A stretch of 27,631 nucleotides of DNA. It comes from Kofleriaceae bacterium (GTDB lineage Bacteria > Myxococcota_A > Polyangia > Haliangiales > Haliangiaceae). The notes under the pieces were generated by a model, which was given only the letters and a program-made list of their open reading frames with translations, ran no database searches and was not told where the DNA came from. Made by a program: the position numbers and the translations under genes. Shown here in pieces: positions 1 to 9,119 of this stretch. The stretch spans positions 1 to 27,631 of the forward strand of contig CBDCCZ010000045.1 in the NCBI GenBank assembly GCA_965215005.1, read 5' to 3'. Every line of letters begins with the position of its first letter. Position 1 is the stretch's first letter.

Positions 1-1736
1 ACGACCATGACTGCGATGCGCGGGTCGTTGATCGGAGCGAGTCCTGCGAACGAGGATAAATACAGGCTATCGCTGTACGTCTTGGTGGTCGGGTCGATCT
101 TGTGCGCGGTTCCGGTCTTGCCGCCGGCCGCATAGCCATCAACGTCGATGGTGCGGGCGGTGCCGCCGTGGCGGCCTTTCTCGAACACCGAAGCCAACAT
201 CGGTAGCAGCGCTCGCGCGACCGATTCGCGCATCATTCGTCGGCCCTCGACGTGGTGCTCGTAGATGATTTCGCCATCGGCGCCGATGACGCGCTTGATG
301 AGCCGCGGCTCGTGCAGTATGCCGCCGTTGCCAACCGCCGCGTAGCCGGCGGCGACCTGAAGCGGCGTGGTGGTGAGCCCATATCCAAACGAAACCGTCG
401 CCAGACCAAGCTGTCCCCAGCGGTCTGGATTATGGATTACGCCGCGGCGCTCGCCGGGCAGCTCGATGCCGGTCTCGGTGCCGAAGCCATAGCGCAAGAG
501 CGCGTCATGGAGGCGCTTTGCGCCCAAGCGCTGGGCGATTTTTACGGTTCCGACATTCGACGAGCGTTTGACGATTCCTTGCACCGTGAGCGCGAAGTCG
601 CGGTGGGTATCGCGGATGACCTTGCGGCCGACGTTTGTAGCGGCCTTCCTCGACGTCGATAAGCTCATCGGTCGAGACCTCTCCAGCTTCGAGCGCGGCG
701 CCGATGGTGAAGAGCTTCATCACCGAGCCGATCTCGTAGGCATCCGTGATGGCTCGATTTCTGGCCTTGGCGCGCGCCGCCGAGCCCGGCTCGTTGGGGT
801 CGTAGGTGGGCCAACTCGCCATCGCAAGCACCTCGCCGGTGTCGACCTCGAGCACCACCACGCTGCCGGCAGCGGCCTCGTTCGCTGCAATGGCCTTGCT
901 GAGGGCGCGCTCGGCAATATGTTGCACCACGCGATCGATCGTGAGGGTGATGGTCGCGCCGGGCTCCGCGTCGGTGTAGCCGCTGAGCATCATGGTCGAG
1001 CCGGAGGGCATCGCGCAGCGCGGGCAAACTTCGACTTCCGGCCGGTAAGGAGCCCGTCCATCTTCAGCTCGAGACCATCGAGGCCATTGCCGTCGATGCC
1101 GGCGAAGCCTAAAAGCGGCCCAGCGAGCGCTTTACCTGGATAGAAACGCCGCGGCTCCGGCGTGAGCGCGATCCCTGGCAGGGCTGCGGCACGAACCGCG
1201 GCGGCATCGGAAGCCGATACGTGGCGCGCAATCCACGCAAAGTGCCGCGGCGATGATAGCCGGCTCTCGAGCAGCCGCACGTCTAGCTCGAAGATGGCGG
1301 CGAGGGCTTCGGCAGTGGCCGCAACGTCGATCACTTTACGGGGATTGGCGTAGACCGAGTCGGTATCGGCGGTGATGGCCAGATGGCGTCCGCGGATGTC
1401 GCGGATGTCGCCGCGCGGCGCCGGCACCTCCACCGCGCGAACGTGCTGACGCTCGGCCATGGCGCGGTAGTGCTCGACGCCGGTGATGCTGATCGCAAAG
1501 GCCTTGTAGCCAATGCCCCCAAGGCACATACAAAGGAGAACCGCGACGAGGGCGATGCGCACGCGCACCATCGAGCCGATGCGCGCGACCGCCGGCCGGC
1601 GCGGCCGCGCGGTGCGTGCGCGGCGCGGACCAACGCGGGCGCGACCGGTCGCGGTGCGGGCGCGAGCGGCGGCTTGCGCGCGAGCGCGGGTAACGGTCGC
1701 CAGCCGCGGCGGCAGGTGTTGGGGCTGAGCGTTCAT
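1..1736 (-). CDS. ftsI: Peptidoglycan D,D-transpeptidase FtsI/PBP3; runs off the window edge; three apparent +1 frameshifts
   Basis: N-terminal TM helix and dimerisation domain (PRGDIRD, RRFYPG, GLDGLE) in ORF 990-1736. SxxK (GSVMK) in ORF 505-1011. Manual translation from ~633 to 1 gives SSN and KTGT motifs (KRSSNVG...GGKTGTAHK). Follows rsmH-ftsL with an ATGA overlap. Confidence 0.95.
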
Positions 1737-2047
1737 GGCGAGGTCCCCTCAACGCGGGCAAGCTGGCTGCGAACCACGCGCACTTGCTCGGGAGCCGGCG
1801 GCACCAACCCGAGCGAGGCCGCCAGCCGCTCGAGCCGCTCGGGGCTGGTGAGCGTCGACTTCTCGAGCCGGAGGCGGCGATTCTCCTCTTCTAGTCGGCT
1901 CTGCTGTTCGGTGGCTTTGGAGAGCTCATAGGCCAAGGCCACCACCTGTTGCCGGCGCCCGACGTGCGCGAGCCCGAGCGCCATCATCAGCAGCGCGACC
2001 ACAACCAAACAGGCCACCGAGGTTCGCGACGGCGAGGGCGAAATCAT
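1733..2047 (-). CDS. ftsL: Cell division protein FtsL
   Basis: Single TM helix plus coiled coil (LEEENRRLRLEKSTLTSPERLERLAASLGL). Lies between rsmH and ftsI with ATGA overlaps at both ends (2044-2047, 1733-1736). Confidence 0.88.
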   Translation of the reverse strand: MISPSPSRTSVACLVVVALLMMALGLAHVGRRQQVVALAYELSKATEQQSRLEEENRRLRLEKSTLTSPERLERLAASLGLVPPAPEQVRVVRSQLARVEGTSP

Positions 2048-2991
2048 GAAGCCACCTTCTCGCACGCGCGTAGTCGAGCCGAGCGCGCGCGCGGGTTGCG
2101 AGCAATCTCCGCGTCGCTGGCGAAGATCGCTTTGCGGGTGATGACTCGACAGGTCGGCTCGACCGGCTCACCCGCGGCAACGGCGAGCGCTGGCGGCAGC
2201 GACGAGGTCCACGCCAAGTCGCGAAACCGGTGCTTCACGAGCCGATCTTCAAGGGAATGAAAGCTGATGATGACGCAGCGGCCGCCTGGCGCCAGGTGCG
2301 CCGGGAACACGTCGAGGAAGCGCTGCAGTTGCTCGAGCTCGCCGTTGACCGCGATGCGTAGCGCCTGAAACGTGCGCGTGGCCGGGTGAATCTTCATCTT
2401 GCGTTGCGCCGGCGCGGGAATCGCTGCGGTGACGAGCGCTGCGAGCTCTGCCGTAGTCGCGAGCGCATCGGCGCGCAGCGCTTCTTTGATGCGCGCGGCG
2501 ATGCGTCGCGAGTAGCGCTCGTCGCCGAGCTCGAAGAGCAGGTCGGCGAGCTCGCCGGGCTCGACGCGGCGCATGAGCTCCAGAGCGGTCTCGCCGCGCG
2601 TCGGGTCCATGCGCATGTCGAGGGGGCCGGCCTGGCTGAACGAGAAGCCGCGCTCGGGTCGGTCGAGCTGCGGTGATGACACGCCAAGATCGAGGAGGAT
2701 GCCATCGACGCGGTCGATGCCGCGGGCAGCCAAGTGCTCGGTGATGTCGGCGAAGGCGCCATGCACCAGCGTGAGGCGATCGGCAAATGGTGCGAGCCGG
2801 GCGCCGGCCGCGGCCAATGCGTCGGGGTCGCGGTCAAAGGCGAGCAGCCGGGCGCGCGGGCAGGTCGCAAGAATGCGCTCGGCGTGACCGCCGCCGCCAA
2901 CGGTGCCGTCGCAGTAGAGTCCGCCGTCGCGCGGCTCCAGATGCAGGAGGGCCTCATCGGCGAGCACCGAGATGTGGGTGAAGTCGGACAG
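2044..2991 (-). CDS. rsmH: 16S rRNA m4C1402 methyltransferase RsmH (MraW)
   Basis: Motifs DGTVGGGGHA, DLGVSSPQLD, GPLDMRMD, HPATRTFQALRIAVN, SFHSLEDR, NPRARSARLR. The family N-terminal motif (HISVL) lies upstream of the GTG at 2967, so the start is extended to CTG 2991 (start uncertain). Confidence 0.96.
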   Translation of the reverse strand: MSDFTHISVLADEALLHLEPRDGGLYCDGTVGGGGHAERILATCPRARLLAFDRDPDALAAAGARLAPFADRLTLVHGAFADITEHLAARGIDRVDGILLDLGVSSPQLDRPERGFSFSQAGPLDMRMDPTRGETALELMRRVEPGELADLLFELGDERYSRRIAARIKEALRADALATTAELAALVTAAIPAPAQRKMKIHPATRTFQALRIAVNGELEQLQRFLDVFPAHLAPGGRCVIISFHSLEDRLVKHRFRDLAWTSSLPPALAVAAGEPVEPTCRVITRKAIFASDAEIARNPRARSARLRACEKVAS

Positions 2992-3106
2992 CTTCTCTTT
3001 CCTACGAGGCAGGCTCTGGCGGGGGCAAGTTTTCGGTGGGTCTCGGCCACTTACCTGCGCTCCCGCGAGGTGAGCGAGGCCTCGTGAGGCAACAGGAGAA
3101 TCGCGT

Positions 3107-3135
3107 TTGACCGTCTGAAGCCGCTCGGCTACTAT
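3107..3135 (+). promoter_or_regulatory. Sigma70-type promoter for the Fic-like gene
   Basis: TTGACC (3107-3112), 17-bp spacer, TACTAT (3130-3135). Confidence 0.6.
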
Positions 3136-3176
3136 TCAGCGCGTCGTTGAAGTTCCCTTAAGTGCAAGGAAAACAA

Positions 3177-3968
3177 GTGCTTAGCTTCAAGGAAACCGAA
3201 GATATCGACGCCCGTCTGACCGAGGTCGACGCGGCCGTCACTCGTTGGCGTGAGATGGTGGCGATGGTCTCGCGCGAGCTGCGCACCGAGTTCCTCCGCC
3301 GCTTGCGCATCTCGCTGATCTTCCACGACGCCGCGCTCGAGGGCGAAGTGCTGACCTACAGCGAGATCAAGGCCGCGGTCGATCCGGCGATCATCAGCGA
3401 CGTGTCGTTGATCCCGAGTTACGAGGCGATCAAGCACTTCGATGCAGCGGTGACGCACGCCGAGCTGCTCGCGAGCAAATCCAAGGCGATCAAGCTCGAC
3501 ACGGTGAAAGAGCTCTACGCGGTGTTGGCGCCGGCGGAAAAGCCGAAGGGAAGCCCGTACCGCAAAGAAAACCCGCTCCATCGCCTGTACTACCAGGAGA
3601 TCGCGGCGCCAGAGAAAATCACCTATCGCATGCGCAAGTTCGGCGACTGGCTCGATGGCGCGGCGCAAAAGCAACTGCATCCCATCGAGCGCGTTGCAGA
3701 GACTCACCATCGGCTCATGGGCATCTTCCCGTATCTCACCGAGAGCGGGCGCCTGGCGCGCGTGCTGTCGATCCTGCAGCTGCGTCACGACGACTACCCC
3801 ACGCCGATCATCCATTCGATCGATCGTCAGCGCTATTTCGAAGCGCTGAAGGGCGAGCCGCGGGACCTTGTTTCACTCTATCTAGAAGCCGTCGAGACCT
3901 CGGCGGTGTCCGAGCTTCAGGTGTACGAAGAAGCCGCCGCCGCTCTGCCGCGCAAGCGCCGCGCGTAA
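3177..3968 (+). CDS. Fic/Fido-fold protein with degenerate active-site motif
   Basis: HDAALEG resembles the Fic inhibitory helix (S/T)xxxE(G/N). HPIERVAETHHRLMGIFPYLTESGRLAR aligns to HPFxDGNGRxxR but lacks the His. C-terminal RQRYFEAL. GTG 3177 follows an AAGGA SD; alternative start 3162. Confidence 0.8.
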   Translation: MLSFKETEDIDARLTEVDAAVTRWREMVAMVSRELRTEFLRRLRISLIFHDAALEGEVLTYSEIKAAVDPAIISDVSLIPSYEAIKHFDAAVTHAELLASKSKAIKLDTVKELYAVLAPAEKPKGSPYRKENPLHRLYYQEIAAPEKITYRMRKFGDWLDGAAQKQLHPIERVAETHHRLMGIFPYLTESGRLARVLSILQLRHDDYPTPIIHSIDRQRYFEALKGEPRDLVSLYLEAVETSAVSELQVYEEAAAALPRKRRA

Positions 3969-3980
3969 ATTGCGAGCCTG

Positions 3981-4008
3981 GGTGCCCCGACTCGTCAGTT
4001 GCGGCACC
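3981..4008. terminator. Hairpin between the convergent Fic and GNAT-remnant genes
   Basis: GGTGCC-C-CGACT-cgtc-AGTTG-C-GGCACC stem-loop; no clear U tract. Confidence 0.3.
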
Positions 4009-4019
4009 TGGCCCGCTTC

Positions 4020-4313
4020 TCAGCCCGCGAGGGCGGAGGCGATCGTGTCGATGGCCACAAACATCGGCAGCGGGTCGCCGTGGAGTCGTCCCTCGCGTAC
4101 GCCCTCGACGGCTACGAAACCGAGCCCTTGATAGAAGCTCACGGCCTCCGGTTTGGCGTCGGTTACGACTCCCACGCAGCCGCTGTGGTCGCGCTGCTGG
4201 ACCGCCAGGCTGAGCACGTGGCGAAGCAAGGCCTTGCCGATGCCCATCCCTTGAACGTGGACGTCGACACCTAGTCGGGCGAGACGCAGCACCGGGAGCG
4301 GATACGCGGGCAG
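4020..4313 (-). pseudogene. C-terminal half of a GNAT acetyltransferase toxin (TacT/AtaT-like)
   Basis: LPAYPLPVLRLARLGVD, VQGMGIG (acetyl-CoA binding), VVTDAK, AVSFYQGLGF. Upstream of ~4313 the frame is non-homologous and hits TAA at 4400 with no start codon upstream of the internal GTG 4292. Confidence 0.75.
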
Positions 4314-4424
4314 TGAAGCCGCCGCGGCGTCACGACGGGTCGGGTCACTTCGCGGATAGCGCGTGTTCGCGGGGGTGGCGGCGACCCATTGACTCCGTTA
4401 CCGGCAGCCGAAACACTTGCGGCC

Positions 4425-5813
4425 ATGTCTGTTAAGAGCAAAGGCGCGCGCGGTCGTCGATTTGAAGGCGGCCTTGCCCCCGCCGCGGCCGAGGTCAATT
4501 CCTCCATTGGCTTCGATCATCGCCTGTTGCCTCACGACGTTGCCGGATCTACGGCGCACGCGCGCATGCTCGCTGCGCAGGGAATCATCCCAGAAGCCGA
4601 TGCGGAGGCCATCGCAGAGGGTTTGACGGCGGTTGCCGCCGAGCTCGCCGCGGGAGATGTCGCGCTCGATCCAGCGCTCGAAGACATCCACATGAACGTC
4701 GAATCGCGTCTCACCGAGCGCATCGGCGATGCCGGACGACGACTGCATACCGCTCGCAGTCGCAACGATCAGGTAGCGACCGACCTGCGCCTCTACGCGC
4801 GCGCGGCGGCGGCCACGCTCATCGAGCGCATCGATGCGGTCCGCTTGGCGCTGCTCACACAAGCCGAGCGCCACGTCGATACCTTCATGCCCGGCTACAC
4901 ACACCTGCAGCGCGCGCAACCGGTGCGCCTGGCGCACCACCTGCTCGCCTACGATGCAATGCTAACGCGCGATCGCGGCCGCATCAGCGATGCTGCGAGC
5001 CGCGCCGGCGAGTGCCCACTGGGCTCCGGTGCCCTCGCGGCCACCACGTTTCCGATCGATCGCGAGCGCGTTGCTCGCGAGCTGGGCTTTCACGGCGTGA
5101 CGCAAAACAGCCTCGATGCGGTCGGCGATCGAGACTTTGCCGTCGAGCTGGTGGGAGCCATCGCGCTTTGCCAAGTGCATCTCTCGCGTCTCGGCGAAGA
5201 GCTCGTGTTGTGGTTATCGCAGGAGTTTCGCTTTGCCCGCCTCTCTGAGGCCTACTGCTCCGGCTCCTCGCTCATGCCGCAAAAGATGAATCCCGACCTC
5301 GCCGAGCTCGTGCGCGGCAAGAGTGGTCGCACCATCGGCGCGTGGGTGAGCTTGATGACGGTGCTCAAGGGCCTTCCGCTCGCCTACAACAAGGACCTGC
5401 AAGAGACGCAGGAGCCGCTATACGATGCAGTCGAGACGCTCGAGTCGAGCTTGCGCGTCGTTGCCGGAATGCTCGATGCCCTCACCTTTGACACCGAGCG
5501 GCTTCGCGCTGCCGTCGAAACGGGCTATCTCGTAGCGACCGAGGTCGCCGATTATCTCGTGGCCAAGGGAGTTGCGTTCCGCGACGCTCACGACATTGCC
5601 GGCGCGTTGGTGCGTCGCGCGATGAGCCGTGGTGTCGAGCTGCCAGCGTTGCCTCTCGAGGAGTTTCGCGGCGAGCACGAGGCCTTTGCCGCCGACGTCT
5701 TCGAGTGGCTCGATGTCGCTCGCGCCACGGATCGGCGCGATGTCATCGGCGGCCCCGCCCGCGGGCGGGTTCTCGCGCAGCTCGAGCAGCTCCGGGTCGC
5801 CCTCGAGGCGTAA
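4425..5813 (+). CDS. argH: Argininosuccinate lyase
   Basis: [29 protein letters not shown], fumarase-superfamily signature [26 protein letters not shown] 4425 preferred over TTG 4389. Confidence 0.97.
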   Translation: MSVKSKGARGRRFEGGLAPAAAEVNSSIGFDHRLLPHDVAGSTAHARMLAAQGIIPEADAEAIAEGLTAVAAELAAGDVALDPALEDIHMNVESRLTERIGDAGRRLHTARSRNDQVATDLRLYARAAAATLIERIDAVRLALLTQAERHVDTFMPGYTHLQRAQPVRLAHHLLAYDAMLTRDRGRISDAASRAGECPLGSGALAATTFPIDRERVARELGFHGVTQNSLDAVGDRDFAVELVGAIALCQVHLSRLGEELVLWLSQEFRFARLSEAYCSGSSLMPQKMNPDLAELVRGKSGRTIGAWVSLMTVLKGLPLAYNKDLQETQEPLYDAVETLESSLRVVAGMLDALTFDTERLRAAVETGYLVATEVADYLVAKGVAFRDAHDIAGALVRRAMSRGVELPALPLEEFRGEHEAFAADVFEWLDVARATDRRDVIGGPARGRVLAQLEQLRVALEA

Positions 5814-5829
5814 TCGCGGACGCGACTTG

Positions 5830-7503
5830 CTAAAACGACCCGCGCAAGCCGAAGGTCAAGGTGGTCTCGCCATTGGTGTCGGTGGCGCCGCCAACGGCTG
5901 GAGTCACTGATTTCAGCGCTGCTGGCTCATCAAAGTTGCGCGTGAGGTAGACGCCGGTGATCAGGCCGAGTGTGAGACCGCCAAGCATGTAATGCGGCAC
6001 CCGTTCGCTTTCTTCGCCCTGCTGAATGATATCGACGAGCGCTAGTCCGCCAATGATTCCAGCGAGACCGGAGAGATCGATGAGAGCGACGTGCGCGCGG
6101 CTGAGCTCGTAGCGGCGCGCGAGGGTGATGCCGGTGGCGACCCCGAGATTCAAACCGGTGGCCAAAAGGATTTCGTCGGAGCGTTGATCGCTGTCGAAGA
6201 TGAGAACGAACAGCGCGCCGGCGATGGTGCCCCAGAACGCGCCCGAGTTGACGATGGCGGCGTCACCGGCGCTCGGATCGAGGGTTGATGCGGTCGATGC
6301 GCTGATGCCGAGGCCGGCGACGGCGCCGAGCAGCGCGGCACTGGTGACCGATGCGCTGGCATCATTGCATGCTCGATCGTTCCAGCAGCGGATCATCCTG
6401 TAGAGAACCGCGCCTTCCACGCTGCCGATGATCGAGCTACCGATGATGTACGAGGTCCAACCCACTGGGATGTCGCGGGGCGCGCCGAAGTACACGCCAC
6501 CCACTCCAATCCCCAGACCTGCGGCGGCGCCGATGCTGCCCCCGAGGACCGAATTGTCGAGCACCGTCCCGAGGGCAACGCTGCCCAGTATTCCACCGCC
6601 GAAGCCTCCTGCGGCGAGGATCTCGGAGCGACCCGAGCGCGGCCGCGGTTTTAGCTGCACGGTGAGATTCATAGTGCGATCGGCGACCACTTCTATCGAC
6701 TCGGTGTGTGGCTGGTGTTGCTCACTTTCCACGGCAACCTTGTAGCTGCCAATCGGCAGGGTTTCGACCACGCGGCCCAAGCCAATTAACTTTTGATCGA
6801 CGAAGATACGAGCGGTCTCGCTGTTCGCAATGATGCGCACCGAGCCGGTCTGCGGCTCGAGACGAAAGTAATAGCTGTATGGCTGGCCAATTTCGGGCCG
6901 GATGGTCTCGCGCACCGGCTCGTAACCCGGCATCTGAACCTCGAGGCTATAAGTGCCGCTACGGACCTGCAGCGGCTCCTCGTCGCCAGAATGTCCACGC
7001 GCGGCGATGCCGGTATCGTCGGCGAGCGTTACCTGGGCGTTGGCCGGCACCGTTGCCACTCGAATGCGCGCCGGGAGGTTGCGCAGCACTGCCGCACGAT
7101 ACGACTGTCGTCGGCGATCGTCGGCTTGAGAGTCGGGTACTTCGGAGATGTAGCGCTCGAGATACGCAACTGCCAATTCATAATCGACCATGCGCTCATA
7201 CGCCTGGGCGATGTCTTTGAGCACCGTGTAGGACGGCTCCGCGCACCACGCGGCAACGAACTCATCGATGGCGCCGCGATAGTCGCCCTGCTCATACAGC
7301 ACCAGGCCGCGATCGTAGCGAGCCGAGGCTTGCTCCACGGCTTTGGCCGTGGCCGAGTCGGCAATGGCAATACACTGATCGATCTCGAGCGAACGCTGCT
7401 GCGGGCGTGTCGCAGTGGCCTTCTCCGCGTGGGCCGTTGCAGCCGTGAGCGCAACGGCCGCAAACCAGCCCAAGACGATGCCGCGCATAGTCTGCACCCT
7501 CAC
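5830..7503 (-). CDS. Secreted TPR + 2x PEGA protein with glycine-rich multi-helix C-terminal region
   Basis: Signal peptide (..TAATAHA). TPR-like helices (YDRGLVLYEQGDYRGAIDEF). PEGA-like repeats (VATVPANAQV..GTYSLEVQMPGYEP; GSYKVAVESE). GxxxG-rich hydrophobic helices; ends in GSF. Confidence 0.75.
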   Translation of the reverse strand: MRVQTMRGIVLGWFAAVALTAATAHAEKATATRPQQRSLEIDQCIAIADSATAKAVEQASARYDRGLVLYEQGDYRGAIDEFVAAWCAEPSYTVLKDIAQAYERMVDYELAVAYLERYISEVPDSQADDRRRQSYRAAVLRNLPARIRVATVPANAQVTLADDTGIAARGHSGDEEPLQVRSGTYSLEVQMPGYEPVRETIRPEIGQPYSYYFRLEPQTGSVRIIANSETARIFVDQKLIGLGRVVETLPIGSYKVAVESEQHQPHTESIEVVADRTMNLTVQLKPRPRSGRSEILAAGGFGGGILGSVALGTVLDNSVLGGSIGAAAGLGIGVGGVYFGAPRDIPVGWTSYIIGSSIIGSVEGAVLYRMIRCWNDRACNDASASVTSAALLGAVAGLGISASTASTLDPSAGDAAIVNSGAFWGTIAGALFVLIFDSDQRSDEILLATGLNLGVATGITLARRYELSRAHVALIDLSGLAGIIGGLALVDIIQQGEESERVPHYMLGGLTLGLITGVYLTRNFDEPAALKSVTPAVGGATDTNGETTLTFGLRGSF

Positions 7504-9119
7504 CGGCGATACGGATTGCCGCCGAGCTCACCGCCGGCAGTGTCATCCCGACGCTGCTCTCTTGGCTCGGGTGCAGCCGGTATCGGCATCTTCTTTACCG
7601 GCCGTCCGCGTGGCTTCTTCAGCCGCAGACTCACCGTTTCATCCGCATCGAGCCGAGGATTGATTGTGAACTCGATATCGTCGTGGCCGTCGAGCTCAGC
7701 GATCAAGCGAATCTGCTCATCGCGCTTGGGGAGCTCCCAGGTGTACGGCGTGGTCCCCAAGATACGCCCCTGCGCCAGGATCGTCGCGCCAGAGGGATTG
7801 CTAACGATGTCGATGCGGGCCATCTCTTCGACCATCGCGTCGGGTTTGGCAGTCGCCACGCTGGCATCGGCGACCGGCACCACGGTCGCTATTCGCTCCG
7901 GCTCCGCCACCGATGGCTCCTCGCCCATGGTGAAGGAAATCGCCAGCGCGACGCCCACGATGACGAGCGCGATCGCCCCGGCCCACGCCAACAAAGGCGC
8001 GTTGCCGCCGCTCTTCTTCTTGCGTCTCGTCGCGGTGATGCGGGGTCGCCCGCCAGAGCCAAACGGCTCTTCCAAGAGCGCGGCGAGATCGGCGGCCAGC
8101 TCCACCATCGACGGATAGCGATGCTCGCGCTCCTTATCCATCGCCTTCAGAATGATGGTCTCGAGCTCACGGCTACAGTCGGAGCGACGCTGCCTTGGTG
8201 GTGGTGGCTCGTCGTTGATGACCTGCGAGATGACGCTCAAATAGTTGGTGCCGGAGAACGGCATCTCGCCGGTGATCATCTCGTAGAGGATCGCCCCGAG
8301 CGCGTAGACATCGATGCGATGATCGAGGTCGTCGTCGCCGCGGGCCTGCTCAGGTGACATGTAGAGCGGCGTGCCCAGCACCATGCCGGTTTGCGTGAGT
8401 CGCGGCGACACGCTGCTCTCATCGGCGGCGCGAATCGACTTGGAAATCCCGAAGTCCACGACCTTGATGAAGTCGCGCTCGTTGCGGCGCAGCAGGAAGA
8501 CGTTTTCCGGCTTCACGTCGCGGTGAAGGATGCCTTTGGCGTGGGCGGCGCCGAGCGCTGCGGCGATTTGATGGGCGATGCGAATGACGCGTTGTTCGGG
8601 CAGCGGTCCTTCGCGTTGCAGGCACTCCGCGAGCGACTCGCCCTCGAGATACTCCATGACCACGAAGGTGCGGCCGTCGTCGGTTTGGCCGAAGTCGGTG
8701 ATGTCGATGATGTGCTCGTGGCCGATCGAAGAGGCCAGCTGCGCCTCTTGTTTGAGCCGCGCCACCACCGCATCGCGATCGATGTACTTGTCGAGCAGCA
8801 CCTTGACGGCGACGCGCTTGCCGATGAGCTTGTGAATCGCCTCATAGACGGCACCCATGCCGCCCTGGCCGATCTTGCGGGTGATCTCGTAGCGCTCGAG
8901 GAGCACGATCCCGAGCAGCCGGTCGCCGTCGGGGCGCGAGGGTTCCGCGCTTGGCTGCGGCTGTGCGACCGCGCTGGCAACCGCGGTATCGCCCATTTCC
9001 ACGTCGGTGTTGCCGCCACGCGGTGCCTCTGCTCGCGCCACGCGTTCGAGCGGAGTCGCCGCTTTCGTGTCGCTTTTTCGCCCTCCGCCACCGCGGCGGA
9101 TGTCGTCGCCGCTCGTCAT
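7500..9119 (-). CDS. Hanks-type transmembrane Ser/Thr protein kinase with extracytoplasmic PEGA-like domain
   Basis: GQGGMGAV, VAVKVL, HRDVKPEN, DFG, YMSPE; one TM helix (LAWAGAIALVIVGVALAISF); IVSNPSGATI..LGTTP PEGA-like segment. Confidence 0.93.
   Translation of the reverse strand: MTSGDDIRRGGGGRKSDTKAATPLERVARAEAPRGGNTDVEMGDTAVASAVAQPQPSAEPSRPDGDRLLGIVLLERYEITRKIGQGGMGAVYEAIHKLIGKRVAVKVLLDKYIDRDAVVARLKQEAQLASSIGHEHIIDITDFGQTDDGRTFVVMEYLEGESLAECLQREGPLPEQRVIRIAHQIAAALGAAHAKGILHRDVKPENVFLLRRNERDFIKVVDFGISKSIRAADESSVSPRLTQTGMVLGTPLYMSPEQARGDDDLDHRIDVYALGAILYEMITGEMPFSGTNYLSVISQVINDEPPPPRQRRSDCSRELETIILKAMDKEREHRYPSMVELAADLAALLEEPFGSGGRPRITATRRKKKSGGNAPLLAWAGAIALVIVGVALAISFTMGEEPSVAEPERIATVVPVADASVATAKPDAMVEEMARIDIVSNPSGATILAQGRILGTTPYTWELPKRDEQIRLIAELDGHDDIEFTINPRLDADETVSLRLKKPRGRPVKKMPIPAAPEPREQRRDDTAGGELGGNPYRR

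Noticed and set aside
505..1736. Programmed frameshifting or a genuinely split ftsI
   Set aside because: Three separate shifts in very short homopolymers, two of them ~20 nt apart, with no slippery heptamer; sequencing error is more parsimonious.
3177..4313. Fic plus GNAT as a functional toxin-antitoxin pair
   Set aside because: The genes are convergent rather than co-transcribed, and the GNAT lacks its N-terminal half.
6793..8118. 441-aa plus-strand ORF
   Set aside because: Antisense to the kinase and TPR-PEGA genes; low-complexity translation with no domain signal.
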